A stretch of DNA of 64,000 bases, taken from NCBI RefSeq assembly GCF_018350175.1, contig NC_058369.1:3350001-3414000 (forward strand), read 5' to 3'. The notes beneath the pieces are model-generated. The model saw nothing but the letters and a program-made list of their open reading frames with translations, was not told the origin of the DNA and did no database searches. A program made the position numbers and the translations under genes. Positions 57,701 to 64,000 of the stretch are shown piece by piece. This DNA is from Felis catus. Lineage: Eukaryota. Numbering within the stretch: the first letter of the stretch is position 1; every line of letters begins with the position of its first letter.

Positions 57701-58919
57701 CGCGCCCCCCCCGTGCGCCTGGGGGTGGGGCATGGCCCTGCTCCTTGCCCTTTGCCCCCTGCCCCCCACGCAGGGCGGGGTGGGTTGGGGCTCCTCTTGT
57801 GGACCCTCCCCCAAGTTCAAATACCCTCCAGGAGCTCTTGAAGGAGCTGGGAGAGTCTGGTGCCCAGAGGGGAATGGCTTGGGAGGCCACCCAGCCAGGA
57901 AACGGAGCTGGAACTTGAACCCCGTGCTTTGAATAATTCCGGGGGGCTCAGGGACCCCTTAGCTTGGAAGGCAAACGACTTGGGGGTCACGAACTTGGAC
58001 TTGAACGAGTGGGCTCTTGGTGGCCACTCCCTGCCCTCCGTTTGGGCCCCCCACCCTGAGCCGGGCACAGATCCTCCCTCCTTTGCTTCTTCAGCCCCAT
58101 TGGGTGCCACTGTCATCCGGAAGTTCTGAGGAGGAAGCGGAGGCAGCCCCGCTCTGAAATGTTGGGGGGGGGGGTGTAGCTGTCAAGGGCTTGGGTGGGT
58201 CTTTGAAGGTGTAGTTTTATACCCAGCCCATCCTGCCCCAGGGCCTTTGCACTGTGTTCTTCCCACTTGGAATATTCTCCCCGCAGATCTCCAATATGGC
58301 CTACGCGCCTACGCTCCGCCCTTCAAGTTTCAGTTCAGATGTCACCTGCACGTCTACAGCTGCGCCATCACTTCCTGTCCTCTTACCCTGCTTTGGTTTT
58401 CTTCATTTCATTTTTCACAACAAAATGTTGTACACTGTTCCCCCCCGCCCCCCAGCACTGTTCTGCTCCCTGCCGAATCCCCATTGCCTAGAAATTAGTG
58501 CCTGACACACAGTAGGTGCTCCACAAATGCTGGTCTCCAGAAACCTCGGCGACAGGCGCACGCATAGAGGGCTGGAGGGCGGAGGGCAGCCAGGGGGAAG
58601 GACCCTGTGGTAGTTCTGTCCTGGTGTATGTCCGGGAGCCTGGGCCGTGACCCCATCCTGTGCCCCCTTCATCCAAAGTGCCCTCCCAGACCCCACCTCC
58701 TTCTGCCCTCCCCCCATCACTCTGCTTCAGCCACACCAACCTCCTCCCTGTTCCCCCCAACAGTCCTGCCTCAGGACCTTTGCACAGGCTATGCCTGCTG
58801 CCTGGTGGAGATATTCTGCCCCTGGATCTCTGAATGGCTCCCTCCCCCACCTACTCTGGTCTCAGCTCAAATGTTCCCCGCGCCCCCACATGTCTCCATC
58901 TAAACAACCACGACCCTTA

Positions 58920-59021
58920 GGGCACCCGGCTGGCTCAGCTGGTAGACCGCGCGACTCCTGAGCTGGGGGTTGTGAGTTCGAGCCCTGTGTTGGGTGTAGA
59001 GATTACTTAAAAAAAAAAAAA
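58920..59021 (+). mobile_element. Short tRNA-derived carnivore SINE
   Basis: ggctggctcag...gttcgagccc...agagattacttaaaaaa. Confidence 0.8.
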
Positions 59022-59735
59022 TGAATAAAAAGAAAACTGGAAATCCCACTGAAGGAGAAACCATAAGAAATAAAGCAAAATAATCAGTTCCCTTTTCTCT
59101 GTTGTGGTTGTTTTGCTGGGCTTCGTATTGATGGCATTTCTGTTTCTTTCTTTCTCTTCCGACCTCACCCCCATCCCCTGCCAGTTAGCCAACCTTGGTC
59201 TCCACTGTGTCCCTGGGGTCTGGAACAGGGCCCGGCACACAGTAGGCACTCGACAAAGTGTGTTGAACAGATGAACGAACGAATGAATGAATGAATGAGG
59301 GCCCAGGAGCTCTCTGAACCTGTTCTTACCGTATGGAGTGGGGGACTGACATTCAGCAGGGAGCCCAGGGTCATTTGATTCCCTCCGTAGCAAAATAGGG
59401 CAACAGGAGGTCACCTCTTCAGGCGGGGGAGGGGTACCCATTGAAATAATAATTACAGGGACATTTATTAAGCACCTACAGTGTGCACAGTAGGCCCCAG
59501 GCACTTTGCACATTTTCCGCCAGGACTGGGATTTGAACCCAGGACACCGGGCCCCAGAGTTTGCCCAAGACCCCCTCGGCCACCACAGAGGCTGTGTGCA
59601 AGGCCTGGGCACACAGTAGGCCTTCAGCCAGGCAGGCAGTGGGGACTGGCTGAGGGCTGCCCGGCCAGACACCCCCTCCCCAGCCCCCTGGATCCAGGGG
59701 CTGTTGCTGGCTGTGTCTGACAGGGGCTAAAAGTG

Positions 59736-59782
<47 letters not shown>

Positions 59783-60424
59783 CACACACAGGCACACGCA
59801 CACGCACGCAGGACACATTAGAAACAAGCTGCAGGATGTGTGGCCTGATGTGCGAGAAGTTACAACAATTCCAAGTACTTCCTCAGCCCAGAACCAGTGA
59901 AATCCTCCCCCAGAGGACCCCCTCCCCCAAGGCTTCATGTGCAAATGAGGCCGGGGACACCCTGGTCACCAGAAGCGGGAAGTGAGGAGGGAACCAGGGA
60001 CCTGTGAGTTCCCGGGGTCTGTCCTTGGCTGTGGATAGGAAACCGAGGCACAGAGCGGGCACGGGTGCGCCGTCCCCTGACGGGAGGGGGGAAGAGTGTC
60101 ACATTATTCCTATTCGAAATCTCCCTATGCCTCCCCTGGGCTCTGTGTCCCAGGCTAGTGAACACACAGCGCTCGGTCCTTCCTCAGGGCCTTTGCACCT
60201 GCTGCCCCTTCTGCTTGGGGAGATCCTTGCGCGCTTGGCCAGTGTTTCTTTCCCCCCAGAGGCCTTCTCTGGCCACTTTGGGGGACAGGGCAGCTCTTTC
60301 CACCCAGTTGTCTTTCCTCGAAAACCATCTTGTCAACCCGTTTTCGAACCAATAACGGAGCGGTGAGCTGCCCTTCGTCCGAAGCGAGCCAGCCAGGGCC
60401 GGAAGGGGGGTGCTCTGTGCAGGA

Positions 60425-60689
60425 AATTCTGACACGTTACCACGTGGACGAACCTTGAGGGTAGTACGCTGTCCAGACGCGGGAGGACCCTGCGCGACCC
60501 CACTCACAGAGGGTCCCCAGAGGAGTCCCGTCCACAGAGACAGAGAGTAGACGGCTGGGAGCCAGGCGTGGGGTGGGGGGTGGGGAGTCAACGTTTCATG
60601 GGGACGGTTTCTGTTGGAACATGGAACAGCACACTTACAAATGATTAAGACAGTAAATATTACGTCATGCACAGTTTACCACGATAAAC

Positions 60690-60733
<44 letters not shown>

Positions 60734-60829
60734 AAAAGAAAGAAAAGAAAGAAAGAAAGAAAGAAAGAGGAAGGAAGAGAAAGAAAGAAAGAAGAGAAAG
60801 AAAGAAAGAAAAAGAAAGAAAGAAAGAAA

Positions 60830-60861
<32 letters not shown>

Positions 60862-60896
60862 AAAGAGAGAGAAAGAGAGAAAGAAAAAGAAAGAAA

Positions 60897-60980
<84 letters not shown>

Positions 60981-60990
60981 AAAAGAAAAT
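60425..60990 (+). repeat. L1 3' relic followed by ~300 bp of (GAAA)n purine tract (60690-60988)
   Basis: Directly visible (GAAA)n after an L1-like 3' UTR. Confidence 0.85.
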
Positions 60991-62243
60991 CAAAACTGTC
61001 ACGGGGAAAAATAGCAGACGGGCGACAGCGGAGGGTGTGTGTGAATGACCTCAGCTAGTGGCAATTCTGTCATTGCCACCGGGCTCTCGACTCAAGTGAT
61101 GCTGACGTCAGTGTATGGAGGTGCCGTGGGTGGGTGCTGAGCTCACACGTTTTGTGCGCTTGTGCCCCCCCCCCCCCCCGGGATGGCCTCTGCCCCGGTC
61201 GCAAAACCTCCACGGTCTTTAGAGGCAGAGCTAAGCCCGGGGGCCCTGACCCTCGTACCTCTACTTACCCAGCTAACTTGATCCAGGCGCTGCCGGGGAT
61301 CTCTCGGTGACCAGCGCAGAGCCAGACCCTGTCCTGGCAGAGGGAAGATTATTTTATTTAACGAGCGTCTATTAAGCACCTACTGGATGCCGGGTGCCCA
61401 GCTTGTTCTGGTCACTGGGAGCCCAGCAACGAACAGACCAGACCAATCTCTAGCCTTGCGCTGCTGACGTAGGAAGCAGTAGAAATGGGTGAAGTCGCTT
61501 CTGGGCCAGATGTTGCTAAAGAGAAAGATTAAGCCAGGAAGGAAGATGGGGAGGGGCGGGGCGGGGGGGGCGGGTTTAAACAGGGGGACAGGGGAAGACT
61601 CCTAAAGGAGGTGACTTCTGAGCGGATATCTGAAGGAAGTGAGGGAAAGAGTCGTGCTGATATGGGGAGGAAGAGAGTTCCAGGTAGGGGGGGAGGTGTG
61701 AAACGGCCAGTGCAAAGGCCCTGAGGCAGGACCATGCCTGACCTGTTAGAGGAGGCCTCTGGCTGGAGCCGCCAGAGCTGGAGCCAGTGAGGGGGGAAAG
61801 AGGGAGGAGGGAATGGTGGGGGGGGGGAGGGGGCAGGTCGTGCAGGGGGCACTGTGTGCTTTGGGGACCGCTTTCCCCTGCCTCAGGGCCTTTGCCCCAG
61901 GTCCCGGCAGGTGTCAGGGAAACTTCCTTGCCTCCAGGGTCCAACGGAGCAATGGACCAGTTCTCATCCCAGCCCTGCCCTGGAATTGCCGTGAGGCCAG
62001 TGGCTCCCCTCGTCCAGCCTCAGTTTCCCCTTCCAGAAGATTCCAACAGGCTGCCATGGGGGTGACGGCAGAAGGTGACTCTTGCGAAGCAAGCGTGTGG
62101 CGAGGGGAGGGGGTGGGGGTGGGGGGCGGCAGGGGGAGAATATATACTCACATCATTTACATAAAACTTGCACAATTAGCATATTGTGCATATGATGGCA
62201 GGAGTCAACCGGCAAGGGAAATAGTAAATTTGATGACAAATGA

Positions 62244-62463
62244 GGGGGCGCCTGGGGGGCTCAGTCGGTTGAGACTTTGGTTCAGGTCATGATCTCACGG
62301 TTCGTGGGTTCGAGCCCCGCGTCGGGCTCTGTGCCGACAGCTCGGAGCCCGGAGCCTGCTTCAGATTCTGTGTCTCCCTCTCTCTCTCTCTGCCTCTCCC
62401 CCACTCACGCTCTGTCTCTCTCTAAAATAAATGAACATGAAAAATAAAAAAAAGTTTTAAAAA
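62244..62463 (+). mobile_element. Can-SINE
   Basis: ggggcgcctggggggctcagtcggtt head. Confidence 0.9.
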
Positions 62464-62584
62464 GTAATAACAGTTACCGCATCCTCAGCCCCTGCCCACG
62501 TGCCTGGAACCGCGTTTAGAGCCTTTCTACGAATGAACTTGTCTTATAGCGAGATTCTGAGTTCTCAAGTGTTGGGTTTGGTGT

Positions 62585-62694
62585 TTTTAAAGATCGTATT
62601 TTCGAGTAAACTCTACGCCCAGCGTGGGGCTCGAACTCACACCTCTGGGATCGAGGGTGGCCCGCTCCATCGACTGAGCCGGCCAGGAGCCCCC
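62585..62694 (-). mobile_element. Short tRNA-derived carnivore SINE
   Basis: aaactctacgcccagcgtggggctcgaactc...gactgagccggcca. Confidence 0.75.
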
Positions 62695-62834
62695 CTCAAG
62701 GATTGTGGACCCCATTTCACAGATGTGAAAACAGCAAGGTTCTATGATTCCCAGGGTGGAAGAACCCATCCAACAGTAGCGGCAGGAACACGTATTTTGA
62801 GCTCACTGTGTGTCTTCTGTTTTTGTTTTTTTAA

Positions 62835-62836
62835 GT

Positions 62837-62867
<31 letters not shown>

Positions 62868-63280
62868 TAATTTTTTTTTTCAACGTTTATTTATTTTTGG
62901 GACAGAGAGAGACAGAGCATGAGTGGGGGAGGGGCAGAGAGAGAGGGAGACACAGAATCGGAAACAGGCTCCAGGCTCCGAGCCATCAGCCCAGAGCCCG
63001 ACGCGGGGCTCGAACTCCCGGACCGCGAGATCGTGACCTGAGCCGAAGTCGGACGCTTAACCGACTGCGTCACCCAGGCGCCCCAAATTTATTTATTTTG
63101 AAACAGAGAAAAAGAGAGCATGAGCCGGGGAGGGGCAGGGAGAGAGGGAGAGAGAGAATCCCAAGCAGGCTCCGCCCTGTCGGCACAGGGCCTGACGCAG
63201 GGCTCGATCTCGGGACTCCGGGATGACGACCTGAGCCAAAATCGAGCGTCAGTCTCTTGACCGACTGAGCCGCCGAGGTA
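62835..63280 (-). mobile_element. Two nested Can-SINEs (62835-63084 inserted in the tail of 63087-63280)
   Basis: Two consecutive reverse SINE bodies with (TTTA)n tails. Confidence 0.88.
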
Positions 63281-64000
63281 CCCCCCCCCCCCCCCGTGTG
63301 TCTTCTTCCTATGGAGTGGCTTATTTCATGCAAATGAGACCATGGGGACACTGGATAGAAGTCCTTTTTGCAGACAGGGAAACGGAGGCTGGCTCGCGGC
63401 CTTCCCCCTCCCAAGCCCAGGGGCCCGGTCACCGCACGCACACACCCGGGCTCTCTGCGCCCGGGCCCCGCCCCCCCCACCCCTGCCCAGCTCCGAGAAG
63501 CAGCTCCAAGAACCTGTCTTCCTCCCGCCGCAGCCGAGAACCAGGTCAGCCAACCGCTGGGACATCAAAGGGAATCTATAAATACAGCTGCAAGAGGGAA
63601 AATAGAGTTTCCTAGCCCCTCCCGGGCTCGCCTCTCTCCCACTCTGGATCTTTCCCGGCTGGGCTCCTACTCCAGTCGCTGGGCCAAAGCCCCCCACCTC
63701 CCCGCCCCCCACTCCCAGGGACCCCTACCGGAAAGCAGTGGAGGGAAGCAGCTCCTGGTGCCTCGGTTTCCCCTAATGGGCTCAACCTCCCTCCCCTGCC
63801 GGGCGACTGAGAAGAGAGGAGGACCTCTGGGGCCGGTCCCCCCGGGGAGGTGAAGATGAGATTCTAAGCCCAGAAGTGAGGGCTACGGGGTTGTCAGAAT
63901 CTTCGGATCCCAGAAACCTGGAATCTTCCTTCTTCCTCTCAGGGAATATGCGGGGCTTCTGGGCTGTGCGGAGCACTGGGACGTTGGCGGGGTCGAGGCC

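Noticed and set aside
58920..59021. tRNA-like A/B boxes
   Set aside because: Head of a tRNA-derived SINE with an A tail, not a tRNA gene.
60614..61048. Lys/Glu/Arg-rich and Phe/Leu/Ser-rich ORFs
   Set aside because: Translations of the (GAAA)n microsatellite.

Overview
GC-rich mammalian genomic DNA. Abundant tRNA-derived Can-SINEs point to a carnivore, probably a felid (inference). Four genes lie in tandem on the minus strand, in the same order as at human 19p13.3: PLIN4 (7 coding exons, 1650 aa, one 4.1-kb exon with ~38 x 99-bp repeats), PLIN5 (7 coding exons, 455-460 aa), LRG1 (2 exons, 346 aa) and SEMA6B (16 coding exons, 898 aa, with upstream CpG-island promoters). I traced all coding exons by GT-AG sites, and the phases add up. 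The rest is SINE, LINE and MER relics plus microsatellites. Most notable: a long, higher-order PLIN4 repeat array with an 880-codon open alternative frame; a tailless U2 snRNA retrocopy with target-site duplications nested in a SINE inside PLIN5; a tandem duplication of a CTCF motif in the PLIN5 3' UTR; an in-frame LRG1-exon-1/PLIN5 splice possibility; and a 13-Gly tract in SEMA6B. I found no convincing wholly new biological system.
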